Assembly (NCBI GenBank): GCA_049430665.1
Contig: JBMTCG010000003.1
Location: forward strand, 28,022-92,021
Length of the DNA stretch: 64,000 nucleotides
From: Flavobacteriales bacterium
GTDB lineage: Bacteria > Bacteroidota > Bacteroidia > Flavobacteriales_C > GCA-002722245
Direction of reading: 5' to 3'
Part shown: piece after piece, positions 19,355-28,717 of the stretch
How positions within the stretch are numbered: the first letter of the stretch is position 1
Layout of the letters: each line of letters opens with the position of its first letter
Made by a program: the position numbers and the translations under genes
Notes under the pieces: model-generated
Databases searched by the model: none
Told to the model about the DNA's origin: nothing
What the model saw: the letters and a program-made list of their open reading frames with translations, nothing else

Positions 19355-19781
19355 ATTTCTTTTTTGTAGCAGGAATAGGCTCTTCAATGAATCCAAATGC
19401 TAATCGAGTTGAAGTGCCGTTGCTAGAATTTTTAGCTTCTAAAAATAAACTATCTCCTTTCACACTACCAGCAAATTTCATTTTACCTGTTTTGCCGTAA
19501 ACACTGCAAGTAACATAGCATTTACCAAAAGAATAGTCGCCTTTTAAAACTTGTTTAGCATGTTCTTTATTGAAGAATTTCATTACTTCTTGCGGTTTTT
19601 CGATGGATGTGGTATGCAACACTGTGCCATCAGAATAAAAACGCAAATAGGCTGAAGTTACAGAGTCTACAGGGGAGTGGTAAATACCTTCCATTTCTAT
19701 TTTACAACCGGCAGTAGTTGCAGATGGTAAAAATGTTATGCTCATCAGAGCTAGCACAAAAACTAAAACAAATATTCGCAT
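19353..19781 (-). CDS. small secreted protein, unknown function
   Basis: 142 aa with signal peptide MRIFVLVFVLALMSITFLPSA. No recognisable motif. Confidence 0.4.
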   Translation of the reverse strand: MRIFVLVFVLALMSITFLPSATTAGCKIEMEGIYHSPVDSVTSAYLRFYSDGTVLHTTSIEKPQEVMKFFNKEHAKQVLKGDYSFGKCYVTCSVYGKTGKMKFAGSVKGDSLFLEAKNSSNGTSTRLAFGFIEEPIPATKKK

Positions 19782-19854
19782 AGTGAATTTATTAAGCTAA
19801 AGATATAACGATTCTTCTAATCAATTGGTTATTTTTGCAACACAATAAATATAG

Positions 19855-21096
19855 ATGAAAAAATTTGAAGTCCCAGAGTTTTATAGGAGTCCGATAATCT
19901 CTCGCATCAAACAATTGCGCAAAGACAGCGACCCTCGTAAAAAAGATTATACTCCCACTGTTTTAGATTTCGGTGTGGTAAAATTTTTCATAGCTCGTCA
20001 TTTCGTCTTTTGTTACGGAGTGGAAAACGCAATAGAAATCGCTTACAAAGCCATTAGTGAGAATGAAGGGAAACGAATCTTCTTGCTTTCAGAAATGATT
20101 CACAATCCCGAAGTAAACAAAGATTTGGTTTCTAGAGGGGTGAAATTTTTGATGGATACTGCTGGTAATCCATTGATAGATTGGGGCACTTTAACTAGTG
20201 ATGATGTGGTGGTAATTCCTGCTTTTGGAACCACTTTGGAAATTGAAGACAAATTGAAGGCCTTGTCTATCGACCCTTATAAATACAATACCACTTGTCC
20301 GTTTGTTGAAAGAGTATGGAAGATGTCGAAAAAACTAGGCGATGAGCAATATACTATTTTAATTCACGGTAAGCACAATCACGAAGAAACGCGAGCTACT
20401 TTTTCTCATGCTGTAAAATACGGACATGCTCTAATTTTGCGCGATATGGAAGAGGCTCAGAAGTTAGCAGATATCATTTCGGGTAAAATATCCAAAGATG
20501 AATTCTATCAAATTTTTAAGGGTAAGTATTCTGCAGGTTTTGATGTTGAAAGAGATTTAAAAAGAATAGGAGTAGTAAATCAAACTACTATGTTGGCCAC
20601 TGAAACCAAAGAAATTGCTGCCTATTTAAAAGGTGTGATGGAAGATGTGTTTGAGGTAAAAGATTTTAAAGAAGTATTTGCCGACACACGAGATTCATTG
20701 TGTTATGCAACCAACGACAATCAAAGTGCAACCATAGCCTTGTTAGATCAACCAGTGGATATTGCAATTGTAGTTGGTGGATACAATAGTTCAAATACAT
20801 CTCATTTGGCCGAGTTGTGTGAAACAAAATTCCCTACTTTTTACATCTCTTCAGAAAAGGAAATTTTGAGTGAAAAGGAGATTCAGCATTTTCATTATCA
20901 CGATCATCAATTGGTGAAAACCAATAATTTTCTACCTCAAAAAAAAGTGGTAAATATCATTTTAACGTCGGGTGCATCTTGTCCCGATTCAACTGTAGAC
21001 AGCGTTTTGCAAAAGATATTGAGTTATTTTCCTAATGCTTTGTCGGTAGAAGAAATCATGAAAAAATTTGAAGCGAGTATAACATTGAATCCATAG
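19855..21096 (+). CDS. ispH: 4-hydroxy-3-methylbut-2-enyl diphosphate reductase (long form)
   Basis: 413 aa. Conserved IspH blocks [46 protein letters not shown]. ~40-aa N-terminal extension and internal insertions, as in long-type LytB. Confidence 0.8.
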   Translation: MKKFEVPEFYRSPIISRIKQLRKDSDPRKKDYTPTVLDFGVVKFFIARHFVFCYGVENAIEIAYKAISENEGKRIFLLSEMIHNPEVNKDLVSRGVKFLMDTAGNPLIDWGTLTSDDVVVIPAFGTTLEIEDKLKALSIDPYKYNTTCPFVERVWKMSKKLGDEQYTILIHGKHNHEETRATFSHAVKYGHALILRDMEEAQKLADIISGKISKDEFYQIFKGKYSAGFDVERDLKRIGVVNQTTMLATETKEIAAYLKGVMEDVFEVKDFKEVFADTRDSLCYATNDNQSATIALLDQPVDIAIVVGGYNSSNTSHLAELCETKFPTFYISSEKEILSEKEIQHFHYHDHQLVKTNNFLPQKKVVNIILTSGASCPDSTVDSVLQKILSYFPNALSVEEIMKKFEASITLNP

Positions 21097-21100
21097 CACT

Positions 21101-22129
21101 ATGTACAAATCGATTATAAAACCAATACTTTTTCGTTTTCAACCAGAAACAGCGCACAACCTTGTTTTTTCATCTTTGAAGTTTTTGTTTGCTATTCCGC
21201 TGGTAAAACCTATAGTAAGAAGTGTTTTTGAAGTGAAACACAAAAGTTTGGAACGTACGGTTTTTGGTTTGAAATTCCCCAATCCGGTGGGCTTGGCTGC
21301 TGGTTTCGATAAAGATGCAAAGTTGTACAAAGAATTGGCTTGTTTAGGATTCGGCTTTATTGAGATAGGTACTTTAACTCCCGTGGGTCAACCCGGAAAT
21401 CCGCAGCCTCGTTCGTTTCGTTTGCCTAAAGATGAAGCATTAATCAATAGAATGGGGTTCAACAACCAAGGTGTTCAAGCAGCTGTTGAGCGTTTACGCG
21501 CAAGAGATAAATCGTTTATTATTGGTGGCAACATTGGTAAAAATAAAGTTACGCCCAACGAAGAAGCGGTAAATGATTACGAAAAATGCTTTACTGCACT
21601 TTATCCTTTTGTAGATTATTTTGTGGTAAATGTGAGTTCTCCCAATACACCAGGTTTAAGAGAGCTTCAAGACAAGGAGCCGCTTAAAAATTTGTTGTTG
21701 AAAGTGCAAGAGATGAATCAACAAACCAAAGCGCCAAAACCTTTGTTGTTAAAGATTGCACCCGATTTAACCGATTCTCAATTGGATGATATTGTGGCCA
21801 TCGCAAACGAAGTTAAATTGTCGGGATTGATTGCTACCAACACAACGATTAGTAGAGATGGACTCACCACCGACAAATCAATAGTAGAAAGTATAGGTGC
21901 AGGCGGTTTAAGTGGAAAGCCAGTAAGACAGCGCTCTACCGAAGTAGTGAAATATTTGTGTTCTCGTTTGGGTAAAGATTTTCCTGTAATTGCCGTTGGT
22001 GGAATTTACACTGTAGCCGATGCGCAAGAGAAATTAGATGCTGGTGCTGCTTTGGTTCAAGTGTACACAGGTTTTATTTATGAAGGTCCGGCAATGGTAA
22101 AGAGAATCAATAAAGGCTTAATTAAATAG
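21101..22129 (+). CDS. pyrD: dihydroorotate dehydrogenase (quinone), class 2
   Basis: 342 aa. N-terminal membrane-association helix, [26 protein letters not shown], active-site region [14 protein letters not shown]...G. Confidence 0.85.
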   Translation: MYKSIIKPILFRFQPETAHNLVFSSLKFLFAIPLVKPIVRSVFEVKHKSLERTVFGLKFPNPVGLAAGFDKDAKLYKELACLGFGFIEIGTLTPVGQPGNPQPRSFRLPKDEALINRMGFNNQGVQAAVERLRARDKSFIIGGNIGKNKVTPNEEAVNDYEKCFTALYPFVDYFVVNVSSPNTPGLRELQDKEPLKNLLLKVQEMNQQTKAPKPLLLKIAPDLTDSQLDDIVAIANEVKLSGLIATNTTISRDGLTTDKSIVESIGAGGLSGKPVRQRSTEVVKYLCSRLGKDFPVIAVGGIYTVADAQEKLDAGAALVQVYTGFIYEGPAMVKRINKGLIK

Positions 22130-22164
22130 TTCAAACCAGCATATATTGCGGCATTAACATTACA

Positions 22165-22584
22165 TTATTTAGGTAGAAGAGCCATTGTTAGTCGACTAAT
22201 ACACACTAGTTTTCCTTGCTCGTTCACAATTTTGATTTCCCAAATGTGCGTTTTCCCTCCAATATGAATAGGGGTGGCGGTGCCGTAGACATAGCCCTTG
22301 CTAACCGGACGAACATGGTTGGCATTGATTTCTAAACCAACTGCGTTGTATTTGTCTTGATTGATCACCAAAACTGAAGCAATGCTGCCTAACGACTCTG
22401 CCAAAACTACCGATGAACCACCATGTAAAATTCCCGCTGGTTGTATGGTTCTGCGGTCAACTTGCATTTTTCCACTCACACTATTGTCGGTAAGTTCGGT
22501 GATTTCTATGCCAATATGTTCCAAAATAGTATTTGGGATAAATTTTTGTAGGTCATCAATTGTGTAGTTTTTATACCAAATCAT
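22165..22584 (-). CDS. PaaI-family hotdog-fold thioesterase
   Basis: 139 aa. HGGSSVVLAESLGSIAS motif and the typical hotdog C-terminal beta strands. Confidence 0.7.
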   Translation of the reverse strand: MIWYKNYTIDDLQKFIPNTILEHIGIEITELTDNSVSGKMQVDRRTIQPAGILHGGSSVVLAESLGSIASVLVINQDKYNAVGLEINANHVRPVSKGYVYGTATPIHIGGKTHIWEIKIVNEQGKLVCISRLTMALLPK

Positions 22585-22632
22585 TTGTTTGCAAAGTTTA
22601 ATGTTGAAGGCATAAAGTTAAGTAATATTTAA

Positions 22633-23370
22633 ATGGCTAATATTTTTAAAGAATTTAGAAATGATATTGTAAAAGCTACAAGAATTCCTTTGTTGTTTTT
22701 GGCGCTGTGTTGGGTAGTGTTTGTAGTGGAGTTGTTCTTGCCGTTTTCTTTCCATTCATTCGGTGTGAAATCGCTTAGCATACAAGGTTTGCGAGGAGTG
22801 TTTTTTATGCCTTTTTTACATGGCGATATCGAACATATTCTAAACAACACTATAGGCATATTTACCTTGGGTACCTTGTTGTTTTTTTCATATAAGGAGA
22901 TTGCGTTGAAAATATTCGTGTTGGTGTTTTTAATATCTGGTTTATGGACTTGGAGTATTCCTAGCAGTGGTTATCATATTGGTGCCAGCGCCATCATTTA
23001 CGGTTTGTTTGGTTTTCTTACATTGAGCGGAATTCTTAGAAAAGAAATGCGACTATTGGCCATTACTTTTTTGGTGATATTTTTACACCAAGGTATCGTG
23101 TGGGGCATTTTTCCTGGCAAGCCTGGTATCTCATGGCAAGGTCATTTGGCGGGCTTTTTATCGGGTATTGTGTTGGCCATTTATTTTAGAAAAGATGGTC
23201 CGCAAAGAGTAAAAAGAATTATTAATGATGATGATTCATTCAACGAATTGCGTTATGGTAAATATTATTGGGACGAAGAAAAACGAAAAGAAGAAATAGC
23301 TAAACAGCAAGCAAACGAAGAATTTAGGTTTGTGTATTTTTATAAGAAGGAAGAAGATGAATCTCATTAG
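22633..23370 (+). CDS. rhomboid-family intramembrane serine protease
   Basis: 245 aa, 6 TM. Catalytic GASAIIYG (GxSG) and the downstream His in HLAGFLSGIVLA. Confidence 0.65.
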   Translation: MANIFKEFRNDIVKATRIPLLFLALCWVVFVVELFLPFSFHSFGVKSLSIQGLRGVFFMPFLHGDIEHILNNTIGIFTLGTLLFFSYKEIALKIFVLVFLISGLWTWSIPSSGYHIGASAIIYGLFGFLTLSGILRKEMRLLAITFLVIFLHQGIVWGIFPGKPGISWQGHLAGFLSGIVLAIYFRKDGPQRVKRIINDDDSFNELRYGKYYWDEEKRKEEIAKQQANEEFRFVYFYKKEEDESH

Positions 23371-24131
23371 ATTTTTTCAAAATCTATATGAAAATGATCA
23401 TCATGTAAACCGTTTATTAATGGCGTTAATGCCTTAACTACATAAATGCCTCTTGCCTTTAATTTTTTGCCGTTGGGTGTAGCAAACAGTTCGTCTTTCA
23501 ATTCTATTTTAATAATCACCTTTTTAATCTTTAAACGGTTTTTTCTCGCTTTTTCATCAAGAATCAATATTTGTTTTGCCACAATATCGAAATCGATTTT
23601 CACATTTTTATTGTTGCTGTAACAACCATCGTTGTCGAAGCTAAGTAGATAATGTTCTTTGCCTAAATCATCTAGTTTGTAGCAGGGTAAACTGTCTTTG
23701 GTAAGTGGCATCATAAAGTCAACACTTAAACCATTTTGATGCGTGTGGTGTGGCCATATTTTTCCTACATGTTCGGTAGAACATTCCATCAATTGAAAAA
23801 TTCTATTTGGATAAATTTTAGCTAAAGAGGCATACATAGCCAACACCGATTTTTTAACTTTAGAATTGGTGTAGGCTCGTCCGGCCAAATAACTTTGATC
23901 GCTAAAATAATAGAAATTATAACCAGCTGGAGGCATTAAGGCGGCGTTGCTTAAAGTGCCATTTGCTTCGGTGCCACCAGAGATACTGGCTAAAGAATCG
24001 TTATTGTTTTTGCTGTGATAATGAGCACAAAGTAAGCTTGCTTTAGGTTTTTTTGTTTTGCTGCTATCGCTTTGTGCCGAACAAGAAATGAATAGTGCGC
24101 TTAAAAATAATGTTGCAATGAAATTTCCCAT
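23367..24131 (-). CDS. mepA: penicillin-insensitive murein endopeptidase-like (peptidase M74, MepA family)
   Basis: 254 aa, signal peptide. Zn-binding motifs HHTHQNGLSVDF and HDDHFHIDF resemble MepA. Confidence 0.55.
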   Translation of the reverse strand: MGNFIATLFLSALFISCSAQSDSSKTKKPKASLLCAHYHSKNNNDSLASISGGTEANGTLSNAALMPPAGYNFYYFSDQSYLAGRAYTNSKVKKSVLAMYASLAKIYPNRIFQLMECSTEHVGKIWPHHTHQNGLSVDFMMPLTKDSLPCYKLDDLGKEHYLLSFDNDGCYSNNKNVKIDFDIVAKQILILDEKARKNRLKIKKVIIKIELKDELFATPNGKKLKARGIYVVKALTPLINGLHDDHFHIDFEKI

Positions 24132-24206
24132 AAATAATGTTTTTATAGGAATAGATTAAAATGAAATGGTAACAGAAAAGGACTAAGATTTAACTTATTT
24201 AAACAA

Positions 24207-27200
24207 TTATTTGATGCAGTTTACAATGCCCACTTCGCTGTGTTTGTCTCCAAAAATATCGGTAAGATAAGCTTTGTAGATGTAGGTGTCTATTTGCACC
24301 ACATAACCATTGTAAATGCCATCCCATCCTTCGCTGATATCGTTAGAAGTGAAAATTAATTCTCCCCAACGATTAAAGATGTATAATTTGAATTCTGTGA
24401 TGTTATATCCATACACATAGAATTTATCATTTAATCCATCTCCGTTTGGCGTAAAGGCGTTGGGTATGTGGTACGACCAAACTGGTATTTGAGTGATTTT
24501 TTTAGTAATGGAATCGGCACAATTGTATTGATTGTTAACCACCAAGGTGATGAAATGGTCGCCCACTTTTGTAAATTGATGTTCGGGATTTTCAATGCCG
24601 TCGGTGCTATCATCATCGTATTTCCACAACCATGAATTTTCACCAGAAGAAGCATTGCTAAAAAATACTTTATTGTTGTCTTCTGTAATTTCACCAGGAG
24701 TGAAAGTGAAGTCGGCATGGGTGATTGGGTTTGCCGTAATCATGTTTTGTATCACGGTGTCTTTAACACAACCTTTATCTGTTGTAGCTCTCAACGAAAT
24801 ATCGAAAGAAAGTGGAGTGCTACCAACATTTTCAAAGCAATTGCTAGGATTTGGAGCGGCAGATGAATTGCCATCGCCAAAATTCCAAGTGTATGAAGCA
24901 ATACTTCCGCTAGCTACTTTTGTAGCATTGGTGAAATCAACACACCAAGTAGCACAACCCTCGGGAGCACTGCTGGTAAATTTTGGTGAAGGAAGTGGAT
25001 GCACCACAATGGTTTTTGATATAGAATCTCTGCAGTTGTGTGCCGATGTGGTTATTAAGGTTACTTTGTGATTGCCTGGTGCAGCAAACAAATGCTGTGC
25101 TTGAGGAGAAGACAACGATTGTCCGTCATCAAATTTCCATTGATGCTGAACAATTTGGTTGGGCGAATGTTGAGAAGAAATTACGCTTGAGTTATTGAAT
25201 ACTGTTGGACTATTAAGGCAAACAGGTGCTGTTGTGAAATTGGGTTGAGGCAAAGGATATATCATTACTGGTTTATCCACTGTGTCTTTACAGTTCTTAT
25301 CAGAGGTAATGATTAAGCGCACTTGTTTGTTGCCGGGAGTTGAGAATTTCTTTTTCGGACCTTTAACTAACGCGCCATTTCCTTCATTGAAATTCCAGTC
25401 GTAATTGGTAATCGTTCCCGCTGGTATGCTGCAGCTTTCAGTAAACGAAGCCGAATCGTTAACGCAGTTTGGTGTTGGTGAGAAATCGGCTATAGGTAAA
25501 GGGTGAACCGTCATTGTTTTGATCATGGTGTCTAAACATCCTTGAGCTGTTGCACCAATCAATTGAATGGTTTTTAAACCGTGTTGCGTGTATTTGTGCA
25601 CAGTGTTTTGTGTTGTGTAGTCGGTACTTGAGTTATTGTCAATATCCCATTTCCATGAAGTAAAAGTAGAGCTGCTAAGGGTTGAGGTGTTGTTTAAATT
25701 TAATGTCGCATTAGCGCACAAATCATTTAATGTAAAATCAACCACTGGTTTTTCAAAATATAAAACGGATTTCGTTATACTGTCAACACAACCACTGTCG
25801 CTGCGTACCAATAATTTAACATTGAAAGTGCCGTGGGTGTCAAACGCTTTTGTAGGGTTGAAATTATTCGTTGTATCTCCAATATCACTGGTGAATTTCC
25901 ATTTTTGATAAGTGATGTTTCCTAGTGTAACAGATGATGAATTGGCAAAGGAAACAGGATGAGGAATACACATATTATTGGCAGAATAAGCCGCGATAGG
26001 TAAAGGATGTACAATGGCTGTTTTCACAATAGAGTCTGCACAACCTTTATCAGAAACCACTTTTAGTTTAGAACTATAACTTCCTTTGTTGGCGAAGGTG
26101 TAAGTTGGATTTTGACTACTGCTTTCTACACTATTGTTATTGTCGAAATCCCATTTCCAAGTTACAATTGTTCCCGTCGATTTATCAGTGTAAGAAGAAG
26201 CTTTCCCTTTACAAACATTTTTAGAACTGAAGTCGGCATGCGGCAAAGGATATATAGTAACAGGTTTCGATATAGTATCCCAACAACCATCACTGCTCGT
26301 TCCTTTTAATAATATGCGGTAAGAACCTGCCGAAGCAAAAAGATGCGTTGCATTTTTGGTTGAATAATCTGTACTGCCATCGTTCATTATATCCCAATTC
26401 CACGAAGCAAAAGTTGCAGCAGAGGCAAGCGTAGAAGAGTTGCTCAAAGCACTACTTATTTTATCGCACACGCTAGTGGTGCTAAAATTAATGGTAGGTT
26501 TTTCAAAAACACTAAGTGTTTTGCTTATGCTGTCTTTACATCCTAAGTTTGAGGCTACCACCAATTTCACAGTTTTGTTGCCGTAGGTGGAGTAGTTATG
26601 TGAAGGATTCTGAGTGTTGTTGGTATTGCCATCGCCAAAATTCCAATTCCATTGTGCAACAGAACCAGAGCTTATTGTAGAAGTATTAGTGAAAACGCTT
26701 GCTTCTGGAAAACAAACGTTGGGAACGGTGAAGTTGGCTACAGGTAAAGGATTAATTACAATAGGGTGTGTAATAGAATCGCTGCATCCGAATTGTGTTG
26801 TTACTTTTAACTTGGCAGTAGCTACAGCCGAATATTTGTATTTTGGATTTTGTAATGATGAGAAAAACTGATTGTTGTTTAAGAAATCCCATTTGTATTG
26901 AGTGATGGTTCCTGTTGATGAATTGATAAAAACAGTGGAGTCGTTCGCGCAAACCGGATTTGAACTAAATGCTGCTACAGGCGCTGGTGCAACAAAAATT
27001 TGCTGAATGGTGTCGTCAACGCATCCATGAATATTGGTAATAGTAAGTTTGGCGTTGTGGGTACCCGATGAAGGATATGTGTAGCTAGGATTTTGAACTG
27101 TGCTATTCGTACTACCATTATTTTGAAAACTCCAGGCCCACTGACTTATAGTTCCGGCTGGATAGCTTTTGTCGGTAAATTTGGTTGCCGAGCCTACGCA

Positions 27201-28628
27201 AGCATTATCCATAACATAACTCGCTGTTGAGATGTCATAGGTGCCCACATGAACGGTGTCGTATGAAAAACATCCACCGGCGGTTCCTTCCATCTTTACC
27301 CAGTATTCACCTTGTTGCTCAACGGAAATACTTTGAGTAGTAGCGCCTGTTGACCATAAGTATGTTTTTGCGCCGGGGGGAGCTGTTATTAATACAGGGT
27401 GACCTTTGCAAGTTGCGGTGTCGCTCAATTTTATTGGTACATCACACTCTCCTTCGATGTAGGCATAGCAAGAGTGTCCGCCTTGTGTACAATCTCCAAC
27501 AGTAAATTCTATGGTTAATGTTTGTCCCATATAAGCTTGCAAAGGAATGAAAGCCGATTTCCAATCAACATAATCTAATGAGCCTCTAGACAACCAAGCT
27601 GTATCGCCATTACCTGCGTAAACATCGTACTTGGCGCATTCTACTGATTGATTGTTTTGGTCGTACAATCGAATTCTAAAGTAAGGTTGATCTACCTGAC
27701 CGTGGTTAGGATTTTGCATCACCACCGCGTAGCTGTAATAGAAATTGTAATTGTTGGGTGTAATGGTAATGTTTCTTTTGATACTTGCTGCTTTCCATTT
27801 ATTACCAAAACCATCGCCAATCATTGCCGAGCAACCTCCTCCTGGTTTAATCATTTGAATAGGAACGTTAGGGTCTAATCCGGGAGTAGAAATAATACTG
27901 TGCTGCACTCCTTGTCTGCCAAAATTGAGATTTAAAACCGGAAAACCAGTACCAGAGGTGGCGGTAGGAGTAATGTTGATGTAACTAAATGCACTTGGAG
28001 GGGGAGTTACGCTAGTGCTTGATATCACATTTCCTTCAAACATTTGCCAACCTGTAAAATCGCACTTTTCAAAATCTATATTTTCGCACTCTAAAGGAGG
28101 AGTAGGTGTTGGGGAAGGCACGGGGGCAGGAGTGAGGAGAGAGTGTTCATTCATGTAGGTAGCCAATTCTTTTTCTGCCTCAATTTCGAATTGCCTTTTG
28201 TCGCTTTCCGTAATACTTCTCTTTTGCAAACATTTATCGCCAAAATCAGAGTAAAGCGCATACATTTTTACCACTAATTTCTCTCTAATAGCAAGATATT
28301 CGTTGTTGTTTCCTTTGAAATGTTTTTGCAGCTTATCCCAATATTCGTGTGACATGAAGTTCTCTCCATAGAATATCTCTAGCTCTTCTGCTACCTTTTC
28401 AGTATCAGCAGAATGCGCGCTATCACTAATGTTCGTTGTACAGGTGAGTTGACCTCTTACATCAAAGGACGCGAAACAAAGATATAGCCAAAAAAGTAGT
28501 TCTAAAAAATTGATTTTCTTGTAGTAAAATGCCCGTAAAACGATTTTGAAAGTAGATTCAAATTCCTTCATGGCCATTAAGATAATGCAAAAATATTTAA
28601 ATGCAAAATTAAGTTCAAGTATCTCCAA
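24207..28628 (-). CDS. large secreted multi-PKD-domain protein with T9SS type B (gliding-motility-associated) C-terminal sorting domain
   Basis: 1473 aa. Pro/Thr linker (PAPVPSPTPTPP), then at least 9 PKD-like ~85-aa repeats (…GCxDS/T…V.PLP…F). C-terminus PNAFTPNGDGLNDKFYVYGYNITEFKLYIFNRWGELIFTS matches the type-B CTD. The track start at 28628 is TTG; ATG at 28577 (MAMKEF...) is the more likely start. Confidence 0.8.
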   Translation of the reverse strand: MEILELNFAFKYFCIILMAMKEFESTFKIVLRAFYYKKINFLELLFWLYLCFASFDVRGQLTCTTNISDSAHSADTEKVAEELEIFYGENFMSHEYWDKLQKHFKGNNNEYLAIREKLVVKMYALYSDFGDKCLQKRSITESDKRQFEIEAEKELATYMNEHSLLTPAPVPSPTPTPPLECENIDFEKCDFTGWQMFEGNVISSTSVTPPPSAFSYINITPTATSGTGFPVLNLNFGRQGVQHSIISTPGLDPNVPIQMIKPGGGCSAMIGDGFGNKWKAASIKRNITITPNNYNFYYSYAVVMQNPNHGQVDQPYFRIRLYDQNNQSVECAKYDVYAGNGDTAWLSRGSLDYVDWKSAFIPLQAYMGQTLTIEFTVGDCTQGGHSCYAYIEGECDVPIKLSDTATCKGHPVLITAPPGAKTYLWSTGATTQSISVEQQGEYWVKMEGTAGGCFSYDTVHVGTYDISTASYVMDNACVGSATKFTDKSYPAGTISQWAWSFQNNGSTNSTVQNPSYTYPSSGTHNAKLTITNIHGCVDDTIQQIFVAPAPVAAFSSNPVCANDSTVFINSSTGTITQYKWDFLNNNQFFSSLQNPKYKYSAVATAKLKVTTQFGCSDSITHPIVINPLPVANFTVPNVCFPEASVFTNTSTISSGSVAQWNWNFGDGNTNNTQNPSHNYSTYGNKTVKLVVASNLGCKDSISKTLSVFEKPTINFSTTSVCDKISSALSNSSTLASAATFASWNWDIMNDGSTDYSTKNATHLFASAGSYRILLKGTSSDGCWDTISKPVTIYPLPHADFSSKNVCKGKASSYTDKSTGTIVTWKWDFDNNNSVESSSQNPTYTFANKGSYSSKLKVVSDKGCADSIVKTAIVHPLPIAAYSANNMCIPHPVSFANSSSVTLGNITYQKWKFTSDIGDTTNNFNPTKAFDTHGTFNVKLLVRSDSGCVDSITKSVLYFEKPVVDFTLNDLCANATLNLNNTSTLSSSTFTSWKWDIDNNSSTDYTTQNTVHKYTQHGLKTIQLIGATAQGCLDTMIKTMTVHPLPIADFSPTPNCVNDSASFTESCSIPAGTITNYDWNFNEGNGALVKGPKKKFSTPGNKQVRLIITSDKNCKDTVDKPVMIYPLPQPNFTTAPVCLNSPTVFNNSSVISSQHSPNQIVQHQWKFDDGQSLSSPQAQHLFAAPGNHKVTLITTSAHNCRDSISKTIVVHPLPSPKFTSSAPEGCATWCVDFTNATKVASGSIASYTWNFGDGNSSAAPNPSNCFENVGSTPLSFDISLRATTDKGCVKDTVIQNMITANPITHADFTFTPGEITEDNNKVFFSNASSGENSWLWKYDDDSTDGIENPEHQFTKVGDHFITLVVNNQYNCADSITKKITQIPVWSYHIPNAFTPNGDGLNDKFYVYGYNITEFKLYIFNRWGELIFTSNDISEGWDGIYNGYVVQIDTYIYKAYLTDIFGDKHSEVGIVNCIK

Positions 28629-28717
28629 TTGGAAAATGGAAAATACGAGTTACAACGTAAGTTAAAATAAGGTAAGATATTGAGAGTTCAATTAAAAGTT
28701 AAGTTGATTAAACATAA

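Noticed and set aside
19855-21096. IspH being ~100 aa longer than the E. coli enzyme, considered as a possible fusion
   Set aside because: The extra length is an N-terminal extension plus internal insertions, while all core IspH blocks are colinear. That matches the known long-type LytB/IspH, so it is not a fusion.
28577-28628. TTG start at 28628 for the PKD/T9SS giant (MEILELNFAF...)
   Set aside because: TTG followed by 17 residues with no signal-peptide character. The in-frame ATG at 28577 (MAMKEF...) or 28571 is more plausible. Kept the track coordinates in the feature but flagged the issue.
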